DNA of 64,000 nucleotides from Macrostomum lignano (taxonomy: Eukaryota): contig NIVC01002707.1 in assembly GCA_002269645.1 (NCBI GenBank), forward strand, positions 1 through 64,000, in the 5' to 3' direction. A program made the position numbers and the translations under genes. Under the pieces are notes generated by a model. That model was given only the letters and a program-made list of their open reading frames with translations, was not told where the DNA came from and did no database searches. Below, piece after piece: positions 48,571 to 61,900 of this stretch. The stretch's first letter is position 1. Every line of letters begins with the position of its first letter.

Positions 48571-49394
48571 CGTAGCACACATGATTGACATTATTTTTCA
48601 CATCGAAGCATTCACGCCAGCTTAATTCTTTTTATGTCGAGCAGCCAAGAGTGGTTCTACGTTGTCAATAGTTTTTATTTTTGTGATTTAGCTTCAGCAA
48701 CTATCAGAGCATTATATAAAGATGAAAGGCTATGTTATACAAATCTTCCATTATTCCTCATTATTTTGTGTTATCACAGAGAGCTGTGATTACTCAATCG
48801 CAACGGATTGATGACTTTAATTGTTGTGGCTAAATGTCATCAATGCTCTTATATTTCACGGTCGGTGCGGGGCTCATCTCTATTGGGTACGGTTTAAATA
48901 TGATATAAGTGTGCATTAATATTCTGCTTACCCGTTTTGTCTCCGCAATCTGCACTAATCCCGCGTTTCTATGAAACCAGTCGCATCTTTTTTGTCTGTT
49001 TAGTCGCTGTCAAGTCTGATGCGCAGACTGTGATTGATTGATTAATTCAGCTTTTGCGTTTAGTGAAATCATGCGATCCACTCCCTGGTCTACACACCTA
49101 GCACCTCATGGTGTAATGTGTTGGGTTAATGCGCTAACTGTATCCATATAAATCTTTTAATCTTGACTTGCTCTGACATTATATTATTCTGTTTCCTTTG
49201 TTTATTGATGTTTATTTATTGAGCGTTTATTATATATGTGTGAGTTGTTCTGTCTGGGCCCTGGGTTGCAGATTGGCTGGTAGCGCAGTGACATGGCGCT
49301 TGTTTGTAGTAAAAAAAAATTGAATTGAAGATTTTTTTGTTTTGTTTCCAGTTTGTTGTGATTAAAGTGTCCTTGCCTTAGCCTTCTTTCATGT

Positions 49395-50720
49395 TCTCTT
49401 TCAGTATACAGAGCAGCCTAGAGACTTACAGATCATGTTCTCTTTCAGTATACAGAGAGCAGCCTAGAGACTCACAGATCATGTTCTCTTTCAGTATACA
49501 GAGAGCAGCCTAGAGACTCACAGATCATGTTCTCTTTCAGTATACAGAGAGCAGCCTAGAGACTCACAGATCATGTTCTCTTTCAGTATACAGAGAGTAG
49601 CCTAGAGACTCACAGATCATGTTCTCTTTCAGTATGCAGAGCAGCCTAGAGACTCACAGATCATGTTCTCTTTCAGTATACAGAGAGCAGCCTAGAGACT
49701 CACAGATCATGTTCTCTTTCAGTATACAGAGAGTAGCCTAGAGACTCACAGATCATGTTCTCTTTCAGTATGCAGAGCAGCCTAGAGACTCACAGATCAT
49801 GTTCTCTTTCAGTATGCAGAGAGTAGCCTAGAGACTCACAGATCATGTTCTCTTTCAGTATGCAGAGAGTAGCCTAGAGACTCACAGATCATGTTCTCTT
49901 TCAGTATGCAGAGCAGCCTAGAGACTCACAGATCATGTTCTCTTTCAGTATGCAGAGCAGCCTAGAGACTCACAGATCATGTTCTCTTTCAGTATGCAGA
50001 GCAGCCTAGAGACTCACAGATCATGTTCTCTTTCAGTATACAGAGCAGCCTAGAGACTCACAGATCATGTTCTCTTTCAGTATGCAGAGCAGCCTAGAGA
50101 CTCACAGATCATGTTCTCTTTCAACATACAGAGAGTAGCCTAGAGACTCACAGATCATGTTCTCTTTCAGTATACAGAGCAGCCTAGAGACTCACAGATC
50201 ATGTTCTCTTTCAGTATGCAGAGCAGCCTAGAGACTCACAGATCATGTTCTCTTTCAGCATACAGAGAGTAGCCTAGAGACTCACAGATCATGTTCTCTT
50301 TCAGTATGCAGAGTAGCCTAGAGACTCACAGATCATGTTCTCTTTCAGTATGCAGAGAGTAGCCTAGAGACTCACAGATCATGTTCTCTTTCAGTATGCA
50401 GAGCAGCCTAGAGACTCACAGATCATGTTCTCTTTCAGTATACAGCGCAGCCTAGAGACTCACAGATCATGTTATCTTTCAGTATACAGAGCAGCCTAGA
50501 GACTCACAGATCATGTTCTCTTTTAGTATGCAGAGTAGCCTAGAGACTCACAGATCATGTTCTCTTTCAGTATACAGAGCAGCCTAGAGACTCACAGATC
50601 ATGTTATCTTTCAGTATGCAGAGCAGCCTAGAGACTCACAGATCATGTTATCTTTCAGTATGCAGAGCAGCCTAGAGACTCACAGATCATGTTCTCTTTC
50701 AGTATGCAGAGCAGCCTATA
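49395..50720. repeat. minisatellite, 44/46-bp unit CAGAGCAGCCTAGAGACTCACAGATCATGTTCTCTTTCAGTATG
   Basis: About 30 copies; period 44 (49921 to 49965) with +AG variants. Confidence 0.96.
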
Positions 50721-50847
50721 GATCAGGGTGGCAGAGCTGGAATTAGGTTTAGGGAGTTTCATTTGTAGATGGAGACATCCTGTGGTTAGTCCTATCATCA
50801 GACAGTCAGTTTTAAACGCTAAAGTTTTCATTGCATGTTTCAAAGAA

Positions 50848-53800
50848 ATGGCGAACACCGCGGTCAACGGTACAGAATCCACTGACTGTGATCGTAAGAC
50901 GCATGACGGGCCTAATCCTCCTTTGAATTTGGTATGTATATTTTAGCATTGCCAGTATTCATACACAATTGATAAGTAGTATTTTACTTCTTGCCACGAA
51001 CTTCACAATTATTTTACCGTAGGCTTCAGAGCCGCTTCCGAAGCTTTCCTTCTTTGGACATGCAGACTCTTCCAAAGCTACTATCGCGGACCGATCCGCG
51101 ATTGACAAGGAGAAGCTCCCGGGCCAGACTGCAATTACCAAGACAACAAATTGTGTGGCGTACGCCTTTGACAATCACGATGGGAATTGTAATGAAACAG
51201 TCCAGCTAGTAAGTCATTTTTGTGGACAAATCTGCATTAGCTTGTGGCATCCGAGTAGTAGTTTACCGATTAATCCCACCTGAATCTTGCCTCCTGCAAA
51301 GGGAAAGGAGGGAGAGAAAGGGAGAGAGAATAGAGCTAAGAACAGACAAAAAATGGAGCGGGCCGGATTTCCGTTCTGATCCTATGAAGGAGAGCTGCTG
51401 CGTCTATGTTTGACGAACGCACAGATGTACTTTATATAGCATTCTTGATTTCTATCTCTTTGTAGCCGGACATTGCTGATGGTGACGACCAGCAGCAGCT
51501 GCCTGATGCTTCATCTGCGACAGGCTTGGAGCCACGGCCAGAGGTTGCTGTCCCGCCGAACTCAATACCTGCTCTGTCTATCTTCAGTAGCAAGCCAGCA
51601 CCATCTTTGCAGCAGCTTGCCACTGTCACAGTGTCGCCTTTGGCTTGCTCTCTATCTACAAAGACTGAGCATGAGCACTTCCATAGCTCCCATTCGACAA
51701 AGAATTATCAAAGCATTTCTATTAACCTTGATTGTGCGGCCAAATCATTGCCAAATTTGGAGGTTTTCAGAAACAATCGCCCATCGACCGTTAAACAGTC
51801 GGTTAAGAATAGCGTGAGTTCTTGTAGCCATTCTGTGCAATGCTCTCCTGCAGCTCTTCCGAGTCCTAACCGCCCCTCATTCCCAGGCCCAACTGCCGAA
51901 CTTGCAGTGCATGTTGAAGACGAGAAGCTCACGTAAGCACAGTTCGCAGCGCGGAAAAAAATGCAAAGCTCGGGTGAGCTCTTCTGTTTTTTATTATTTA
52001 TTAACACGTAGAATCAGTTAAGCAATGTGATTGGTGACCCCAGCTGCTCTGGGGCGAGTCTTGTGGCTTTTTAACGACTCAAACGACTGGCAAACGCAGA
52101 GGCAAATGTTGAGTCACGGGCGCATCACGGAAGTTGCAGAATCGGGAAAAATGGCAAAAAAGTCATCCAAGAGTCGTTGTGCTTAGGTGTTTATCTTTCT
52201 ACTACTTCAAGTAGACTAAATAGAGCCGTTATAAATGCGGAATGCAATTATAATTTATCAAGTATCGCAGATGCACTTCAGACGCAACTCGGTGATTCTA
52301 CAGCGACTCAAGCACGTCTCAGATACGACTCTACGGCCCCAGAGTCGTTATAAAAGCGCCCCAGAGTCTCAGATAATAAAACGCCTCAAATTGACTCTTT
52401 GGTGAATTGTGCCGTGACATGTCGTCCTTTTTGGAGTCATCTAGTGTCATTTCTTTTCTATTTACCTGCGTTACCTGCAAGGACTCTGAGGTGATGCAAG
52501 TGACCCTCTAGAACGCTTGTTAGCCTGGGTTCCGTTTTCATTGGGTTGAGGTTTAATTAAAAAAAGAAATTTATGTTTCTTCTTTCAATTTTATTCTTTT
52601 GATTTTTTGCAGTCTCGCAGTCCTATATCGAGAGATGTCAGTATGCCTGATGCTGACCGTCCCGGTGGGTCAAGTGCTGTGAAGCTTGAGGTAAATCTAT
52701 ATTGGCATATAAAAATATTGCATCCAAATAGGATTTGTATAATATTTGACTAAAACTTCCTCTTTTGTGTCAGCCTGACTGAGTGCCGCTCTGCCACATG
52801 TCAACACGTCATCTCGGACACCCGTCAGCTGCGACACGCGTCAGCTCGAACTCATTAGCGCTTTATTCATCGTCATATAATGATGATGAAGTACATGGCA
52901 AGACATACATTATATCATATAATATATAGATTGTATTGTATTGTAATTATATAGTAAAAATTATTGCTACGATTATTGCTTCTTCGTGCACCCTTTTCCT
53001 CCAAAGTGGCAACTTCCATCTTGACCTTTTGTGTTTAACACTCGTATTGCAACATTGTTAAACAATTTAATAGTTGTGTATATAGCTATTTTTAAGGTAG
53101 ATATAGATAGTATGAGAAATATTTAGATATTTTTTCATTCTTTTACTTCACCCATGCATCTTTCATTGCCATACGCTTCTATGTTTGTTTAGAAACAATA
53201 TATATTTTAATACCCAAAAACTTTCTTTATTAAAAGGTACTTTACATTTTCCTTTCGTTTCTCTCATTTTTGGTGTCTAAAAACTAACTAAATATGCATT
53301 AAGGTTCATTAATTGAAATGCTAAAGACAGTTTAAGGCCCTAAATGAATGCTTGGGATTAGTCGGTCTGTTAAATTAAGATTGTCAATGAATAATCGCAA
53401 GGATTAAGCACACATTTTTTATGGATTAAGATATCTGAGCACCCATAGGACTGCAGAGGTAACTGAGCACCCATAGGAATGCAGAGATTTCTGAGCACCC
53501 ATAGGAATGCAGAGGTATCTGAGCACCCATAGGAATGCAGATATTTCTGAGCACCCATAGGAATGCAGAGATTTCTGAGCACCCATAGGAATGCAGAGGT
53601 AACTGAGCACCCATAGGAATGCAGAGGTATCTGAGCACCCATAGGAATGCAGAGGTATCTGAGCACCCATAGGAATGCAGATATTTCTGAGCACCCATAG
53701 GAATGCAGAGGTATCTGAGCACCCATAGGAATGCAGAGATTTCTGAGCACCCATAGGAATGCAGAGGTAACTGAGCACCCATAGGAATGCAGAGGTATCT

Positions 53801-56800
53801 GAGCACCCATAGGAATGCAGAGGTATCTGAGCACCCATAGGAATGCTCGAATCTACGTGAAACACAGACCTTCTCTCCTTTGCTTCAGCGCCAACCCCAG
53901 CCACAATGGGCCTTCTGAAGCCTCCAATCGTGGAGCCCGCCCTGCCTGAGACCCACATCAATCGGCGGGCGATGCGCCTGTTAAAGTACAGCATGTACTT
54001 GGGCGCCGCCGCTGTCACTGTTAGATTTATCTACCGCCTGCCGCTGGCTCGCCCCGGCCTCTACCGGATGTTCTACAAGCAGAAGTGAAAGAACACTGAT
54101 AGCAGATGCTCGCACCTACTGTCATCCAAGTAGCTTATAGCTGGCTCCCCTTCTCATTGTCAAATAGCCGGCCAATAACCGTCTTATAGAGTCCTTGAAT
54201 ACAAATAAATTATCTGTAGCATAAATAAACAAATAAGTTTGAATGCCTTTTCAAACTATAGTTGCTCATCATTTTAGGAGCTTTAGCCAATTTTAATTAT
54301 TTGGCTATTGTTGTTTCAGTTTTGTTTTTTTATTAGATTTTTGCGACAGATGTAATTCCCACCTTAAAATTGCTGTCCCAAGCTACACAGATCCCATCGC
54401 AATCCCAAGCTACACAGATCCCATTGCAATCCCAAGCTACACAGATCCCATTGCAATCCCAAGCTACACAGATCCCATTGCAATCCTAAGCTACACAGAT
54501 CCCATTGCAATCCCAAGCTACACAGATCCCATTGCAATCCTAAGCTACACAGATCCCATTGCAATCCCAAGCTACACAGATCCCATTGCAATCCCAAGCT
54601 ACACAGATCCCATTGCAATCCCAAGCTACACAGATCCCATTGCAATCCTAAGCTACACAGATCCTATTGCAATCCTAAGCTACACAGATCCCATTGCAAT
54701 CCCAAGCTACACAGATCCCATTGCAATCCTAAGCTACACAGATCCCATTGCAATCCCAAGCTACACAGATCCCATTGCAATCCCAAGCTACACAGATCCC
54801 ATTGCAATCCCAAGCTACACAGATCCCATTGCAATCCCAAGCTACACAGATCCCATTGCAATCCTAAGCTACACAGATCCCATTGCAATCCCAAGCTACA
54901 CAGATCCCATTGCAATCCCAAGCTACACAGATCCCATTGCAGTCCCAAGCTACACAGATCCCATTGCAATCCCAAGCTACACAGATCCCATTGCAATCCC
55001 AAGCTACACAGATCCCATTGCAATCCCAAGCTACACAGATCCCATTGCAATCCCAAGCTACACAGATCCCATCGCAATCCCAAGCTACACAGATCCCATT
55101 GCAATCCCAAGCTACACAGATCCCATTGCAATCCCAAGCTACACAGATCCCATTGCAATCCCAAGCTACACAGATCCCATTGCAATCCCAAGCTACACAG
55201 ATCCCATTGCAATCCCAAGCTACACAGATCCCATTGCAATCCCAAGCTACACAGATCCCATTGCAATCCTAAGCTACACAGATCCCATTGCAATCCCAAG
55301 CTACACAGATCCCATTGCAATCCCAAGCTACACAGATCCCATTGCAATCCCAAGCTACACAGATCCCATTGCAATCCCAAGCTACACAGATCCCATTGCA
55401 ATCCCAAGCTACACAGATCCCATTGCAATCCCAAGCTACACAGATCCCATTGCAATCCCAAGCTACACAGATCCCATTGCAATCCCAAGCTACACAGATC
55501 CCATTGCAATCCCAAGCTACACAGATCCCATTGCAATCCCAAGCTACACAGATCCCATTGCAATCCCAAGCTACACAGATCCCATTGCAATCCCAAGCTA
55601 CACAGATCCCATTGCAATCCCAAGCTACACAGATCCCATTGCAATCCCAAGCTACACAGATCCCATTGCAATCCCAAGCTACACAGATCCCATTGCAATC
55701 CCAAGCTACACAGATCCCATTGCAATCCCAAGCTACACAGATCCCATTGCAATCCCAAGCTACACAGATCCCATTGCAATCCTAAGCTACACAGATCCCA
55801 TTGCAATCCCAAGCTACACAGATCCCATTGCAATCCCAAGCTACACAGATCCCATTGCAGTCCCAAGCTACACAGATCCCATTGCAATCCCAAGCTACAC
55901 AGATCCCATTGCAATCCCAAGCTACACAGATCCCATTGCAATCCTAAGCTACACAGATCCCATTGCAATCCTAAGCTACACAGATCCCATTGCAGTCCCA
56001 AGCTACACAGATCCCATTGCAATCCCAAGCTACACAGATCCCATTGCAATCCCAAGCTACACAGATCCCATTGCAATCCCAAGCTACACAGATCCCATTG
56101 CAATCCTAAGCTACACAGATCCCATTGCAATCCTAAGCTACACAGATCCCATTGCAATCCTAAGCTACACAGATCCCATTGCAATCCCAAGCTACACAGA
56201 TCCCATTGCAATCCCAAGCTACACAGATCCCATTGCAATCCCAAGCTACACAGATCCCATTGCAATCCTAAGCTACACAGATCCCATTGCAATCCCAAGC
56301 TACACAGATCCCATTGCAATCCCAAGCTACACAGATCCCATTGCAATCCCAAGCTACACAGATCCCATTGCAATCCCAAGCTACACAGATCCCATTGCAA
56401 TCCCAAGCTACACAGATCCCATTGCAATCCCAAGCTACACAGATCCCATTGCAATGCCAAGCTACACAGATCCCATTGCAATCCCAAGCTACACAGATCC
56501 CATTGCAATCCCAAGCTACACAGATCCCATTGCAATCCCAAGCTACACAGATCCCATTGCAATCCCAAGCTACACAGATCCCATTGCAATCCCAAGCTAC
56601 ACAGATCCCATTGCAATCCCAAGCTACACAGATCCCATTGCAATCCCAAGCTACACAGATCCCATTGCAATCCTAAGCTACACAGATCCCATTGCAATCC
56701 CAAGCTACACAGATCCCATTGCAATCCCAAGCTACACAGATCCCATTGCAATCCCAAGCTACACAGATCCCATTGCAATCCCAAGCTACACAGATCCCAT

Positions 56801-58732
56801 TGCAATCCCAAGCTACACAGATCCCATTGCAATCCCAAGCTACACAGATCCCATTGCAATCCAAAAACCTGCCATTGCATGTAGCAGCAGAAGCATGAGT
56901 ACAGGGAGTCAGACAGACCCTCTAGAGCGGGTCGGCAACCTGTCGGTGGAGTCCGGCCTGGCCTACCAGGGTGGACAGCAAGACCTGGACTCGTTGTTTG
57001 CGATTGAGCAGCAGTCTAACGATGTTGAAATGCTGTCGGACGAATCCAACCAACCGGTTGAGCCAGCGACCCTTGATCTGTATTTTCCCGGCGTCATCGT
57101 CGGAGACTTTAGCGACGTGGACAATTGCTTGGCCAAGGCTCCATCTTGTGAAGATTTGGTGGCCTATTTGGATGAGAAGCCGGACGAAGATGACTCCAAG
57201 AGCAATGACGGCCTGGGTGTCTGCATGGCTATGGGTAAAGTTTCGTCTCAGGCCGACCTTGTTGACCTGTCGGAGAAGCTTAACCTGGAAGAAATGGAGC
57301 TCGTCCCAATGGACCTCGACGTAAGTAAAATTTTTTATCTGATCTCTGTTCTGTATTCCCTGAGTTTTGATAGATTATACAGTTTCATTTCATTGATAAG
57401 TTGGTCCGGATTTCATTGGGAAATTGGTCCCGATTTCATTGGGAAATTGGTCCGGATTTCACTGGAATTTTGGTCCGGATTTCACCGGAATATTGGTCCG
57501 GATTTCACAGAAATTAGTCCGGATTTCACTGGTATATTGGTCCAGATTTCACCTGGAAATTGGTTTGGATTTCACTGGATTTTGGTCCGAATTTCACCGG
57601 AATATTGGTCCGGATTTCACAGAGAAATTGGTCCGGATTTCACAGAGAAATTAGTCCGGATTTCACTGGAATATTGGTCCAGATTTCACCGGAAAATTGG
57701 TTTGGATTTCACTGGATTTTGGTCCGGATTTCACAGAGAAATTGGTCAGGATTTCACAGAGAAATTGGTCCGGATTTCACAGAGAAATTGGTCCGGATTT
57801 CATTGGGAAATTGGTCCGGATTTCACAGGGAAATTGGTCCGGATTTCACAGAGAAATTGGTCCGGATTTCACAGAGAAATTGGTCCGGATTTCACAGGGA
57901 AATTGGTCCGGATTTCACAGAGAAATTGGTCCGGATTTCACAGGGAAATTGGTCCGGATTTCACAGGGAAATTGGTCCGGATTTCACAGGGAAATTGGTC
58001 CGGATTTCACAGGGAAATTGGTCCGGATTTCACAGAGAAATTGGTCCGGATTTCACAGAGAAATTGGTCAGGATTTCACAGAGAAATTGGTCCGGATTTC
58101 ACCAAAAAATGGATCCTTTTCACATAAATTTGTCGGTCCGGTTTTCACATAGAAATTGGTCCGGAAAATCCCACCCGTACAGGAAGTACTGCAGTACGTT
58201 AAGGAGTACGTTAAGGAGGAGGAGCAGGAGCAGAAAGAGAAGCAGCCATCGACTGTCTCCGATCTGCCCGCCTCGCTGACTGGCCTGGCTCTCTCGCCGG
58301 GAACTCCGGCCGAGGCTTCGGACCACTCGGTGACCACCACTCCGCAGCTGCCGTCTCTGCCCGTGCTCGGCCTGTACCAAGCTAAACAGCAACCGCCTGT
58401 CCAGCAGACGCCGCGTTCTGTGGCTTGTCAGCCGTTGCTAAACAGCTTTGAGACCATGGCTGACCCGGCCGACAGTCCTAAAGAAGAGGCAGCCACAGCC
58501 GCCGCCGCTCCCAGCCCCCGCGGCAAGTCGACCGTTCGACGTCGAGCCTCCGCCGCCAGCGGCGCCGATCAGAGCAACAAGACTTACGAGGCCCTGTGCC
58601 AGAAGAACCGAATCTTTGATAGCAGCGCCAAGGCTCGCTACCTCATGGACCAGCAGCTGCAGCGGGACGCCATTGTGGAGAGCATTGTTGGTTATGTGAA
58701 ACGGTGTCTGGATCCCGGTTAGTGCTTCGCCG

Positions 58733-58777
<45 letters not shown>

Positions 58778-58820
58778 ATTAGTTAGTTAATTAGTTAGTT
58801 AGTTAGTTAGTTAGTTAGTT

Positions 58821-58871
<51 letters not shown>

Positions 58872-58933
58872 GTTAGTCAGTCAGTTAGTCAGTTAGTTAG
58901 TTAGTTGTTAGTTAGTTAGTTAGTCAGTCAGTC

Positions 58934-59010
<77 letters not shown>

Positions 59011-59150
59011 ATTAGTTAGTCAGTTAGTTAGTTAGTTAGTTAGTTGTTAGTTAGTTAGTTAGTTGTTAGTTAGTTAGTTAGTTAGTTAATTAGTTAGTCA
59101 GTTAGTTAGTTAGTTAGTTAGTTAGTTGTTAGTTAGTTAGTTAGTCAGTC

Positions 59151-59182
<32 letters not shown>

Positions 59183-60084
59183 GTTAGTTAGTTAGTTAGT
59201 TAGTCAGTCAGTTAGTTAGTTAGTTAGTTAGTCAGTTAGTTAGTTAGTTAGTTAGTTAGTCAGTTAGTTAGTTAGTCAGTTAGTTAGTTAGTCAGTTAGT
59301 TAATTAGTTAGTTAGTCAGTCAGTTAGTTAGTCAGTCAGTCAGCCAGTCTGAGTTGACTTGCTCAGTTCTTTAACTGGGTTTTGGTGGGTTTATTTAGAT
59401 TATCTGTAAATAATTATGCTTATTAAATTACTTTTTTCACAGAGCGCGACCGGGTCCACCGCTTTCTAATGGTGATGCTGGTCGACGGTCAACTGGAGCA
59501 GGGACCATACTGGCGCTTCTTCCAGGATGCTGTGTACTTTTGCGACGCCCGCAAAGAGCGCCTAGTTGGCGAGCCGGGGCCAATGTTTCACATCAGACAG
59601 TCCGCCTACGTTGGCCTGCTCTGGGGCCGCTACAAAGGCAACGAGTGCTGCGACTATGCCACTCTGGGCGACGCGATCAAGTGAGCCTACTTGCAGCAGC
59701 TGCTGTAGAGTTTTGTCTTTTTGAAAGGAAGTCTGCGATTGATCAGATCAGAACATAATAAAACGCCATCTGTCTGTCCGTCTTAGTGTATGTAAGCCTG
59801 TCTGTCTTAATGTCTGTAAGTCTGTCTGTCTGTCTGTCTTAGTGTCTGTAAGTATGTCTTTCTATCTGCCTGTCGTCAGCGCCCCCTAACGCAGCCAGCC
59901 CCAACGCCTGCCCGTCAGGTCCGTGAAGTCTAAGCCCAGTGGCGAGCTGTACTTTGTTGACCCGGACTTTGGCAGCCTGATTGGCAAGCCGAAACGGCTG
60001 TTCCAGTTTGGCGAGGTCGCTTTCAAAGAAATCTGCCGCTACAGGGCCCAGCGCGTTGAGGCAGGCCCGATTGAGGCTAATTAA
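50848..60084 (+). CDS. multi-exon uncharacterised protein; exons 50848-50931, 51023-51208, 51466-51932, (52621-52689 possible), 54350 or ~56885-57320, 58183-58717, 59443-59680, 59919-60084
   Basis: The chain 57320|58183, 58717|59443, 59680|59919 is GT-AG and phase-consistent (0,1,2) and ends in TAA. The 5' exons are phase-consistent (0,0) and the phase-2 donor at 51932 fits phase-2 acceptors at 54349 or 56884. The link between 5' and 3' halves is inferred. Confidence 0.6.
53430..53846. repeat. minisatellite, 28-bp unit CTGAGCACCCATAGGAATGCAGAGGTAT
   Basis: About 15 copies ending ~40 nt before the acceptor at 53888. Confidence 0.95.
53906..54088 (+). CDS. putative 60-aa small membrane protein or alternative terminal exon
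   Basis: Strong acceptor ctcctttgcttcag| at 53888; ACAATGG start context; GC-rich codons; hydrophobic YSMYLGAAAVTVRFIY; AATAAA signals ~120-140 nt downstream. Confidence 0.55.
   Translation: MGLLKPPIVEPALPETHINRRAMRLLKYSMYLGAAAVTVRFIYRLPLARPGLYRMFYKQK
54375..56860. repeat. 27-bp tandem array CCAAGCTACACAGATCCCATTGCAATC (~92 copies), possibly coding (PSYTDPIAI)n
   Basis: Period 27 with no net indel across 2.5 kb. The plus frame is stop-free and continues into unique coding sequence. Confidence 0.97.
57400..58165. repeat. intronic minisatellite, 23-bp unit TGGTCCGGATTTCACAGAGAAAT
   Basis: About 33 copies inside intron 57321-58182. Confidence 0.95.
58733..59345. repeat. (GTTA)n/(GTCA)n microsatellite
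   Basis: Fills most of intron 58718-59442. Confidence 0.98.
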
Positions 60085-60884
60085 GAATGTTTATGGATCG
60101 AGCAAGACTCATGTGAAACTCAGACAGTGCGCCTTGACCTCTCAATATTTAGCATCGTTATTGTGGTTTTCAGATTCCTTTTTTGAAAAAAATCAATTAA
60201 TATCAAATGAAATCTGTATTTTATCGACTGATTAATAACACTGCTAATTCTGTCTTTTTATTAATAGAAGTTTAAAACATTAGTAGTATTGTGTGAATTT
60301 TAACACTATATTTATGTAATATCATTACATTCTTCAATTTTGCGTACACATGTAACCTCACTAAGCCCTTGTTAAGAAGTGATTAGTTAACTCTAGTTAA
60401 TAACGTTTGTGCTAACAATTTTATTCAAATACTAATGTTTTTATTGTGAAACTCGCACATACTACTCCTAATGTCGGCAGGCGCTCTCGAGCCGTCTTGT
60501 CGTATTTTTCCTCAAAATTTATACCACAAAGTTATACTTATGCTATCGTACGTTATTACTCCAGACCAAATTTTAATCTACGATCGTTGATTTTTTTATT
60601 TTAAACGACGGGACACGTCTGCTAAGCACTACTAAATATAAGCTGAAAAGTAGTAAACAATGAAAATTTTCTAACAAAAATATTTCTTCACATGGCTAAG
60701 CGTACAAAAGAACGAACTATTTTGTTTCAGTTTTGATGACGTAGAAATATATCGAACTGAAACGGAGGCTCCAGGCTCCGGCTCCAGTACCTGATATTGA
60801 AACTATTTTTTATCAAAATAATAAATAATTAACACAAATTCTCAACGAATCGCTTTGTTTTGTATTTCTTTTTTCTGTCCATTA

Positions 60885-61900
60885 TATGCCTGTCTGCCTG
60901 TCCACCTATCTATGTCTGTGTCTGCCTGTCTATCTGCGGCTGTGTCTGCCTGTCTATCTGTGGCTGTGTCTGTCTGACTGTCTATCTGTGGCTTTGTCTG
61001 TCTGTCTGTGGCTTTGTCTGTCTGTCTGTGGTTTTGACTATCTGTGGCTGTGTCTGTCTGTCTATCTGTGGCTGTGTCTGACTGTCTCTCTGTGTCGCTC
61101 TGACTGTCTATCTGTGGCTTTGCCTGTCTATCTGTGGCTGTGTCTGACTGTCCATCTGTGGCTGTGTCTGACTGTCTTATCTGTGGCTATGTCTGTGTCT
61201 GACTGTCTATCTGTGGCTTTGCCTGTCTATCTGTGGCTGTGTCTGACTGTCTTATCTGTGGCTATGTCTGTGTCTGACTGTCTATCTGTGGCTTTGCCTG
61301 TCTATCTGTGGCTGTGTCTGACTGTCTATCTGCGGCTGTGTCTGCCTGTCTATCTGTGGCTGTGTCTGTCTGACTGTCTATCTGTGGCTTTGTCTGTCTG
61401 TCTGTGGCTTTGTCTGTCTGTCTGTGGTTTTGACTATCTGTGGCTGTGTCTGTCTGTCTATCTGTGGCTGTGTCTGACTGTCTCTCTGTGTCGCTCTGAC
61501 TGTCTATCTGTGGCTTTGCCTGTCTATCTGTGGCTGTGTCTGACTGTCCATCTGTGGCTGTGTCTGACTGTCTTATCTGTGGCTATGTCTGTGTCTGACT
61601 GTCTATCTGTGGCTTTGCCTGTCTATCTGTGGCTGTGTCTGACTGTCTTATCTGTGGCTATGTCTGTGTCTGACTGTCTATCTGTGGCTTTGCCTGTCTA
61701 TCTGTGGCTGTGTCTGACTGTCCATCTGTGGCTGTGTCTGACTGTCTTATCTGTGGCTATGTCTGTGTCTGACTGTCCATCTGTGGCTGTGTCTGACTGT
61801 CTTATCTGTGGCTATGTCTGTGTCTGACTGTCTATCTGTGGCTGTCTGTGTCTGACTGTATCTGTGGCTGTCTGACTGTCTATCTGTGTCTGTGCCTGCC
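60885..61900. repeat. complex CTGT-rich repeat with a 396-bp higher-order duplication
   Basis: The variant TATCTGCGGC recurs at 60931 and 61327, with the same downstream variant order. Confidence 0.92.

Noticed and set aside
54364-56880. 738-aa and 93-aa minus-strand ORFs (LGLQWDLCS)n
   Set aside because: Antisense read-through of the 27-bp array. It is broken by a variant that is synonymous on the plus strand, and there is no splice or start context.
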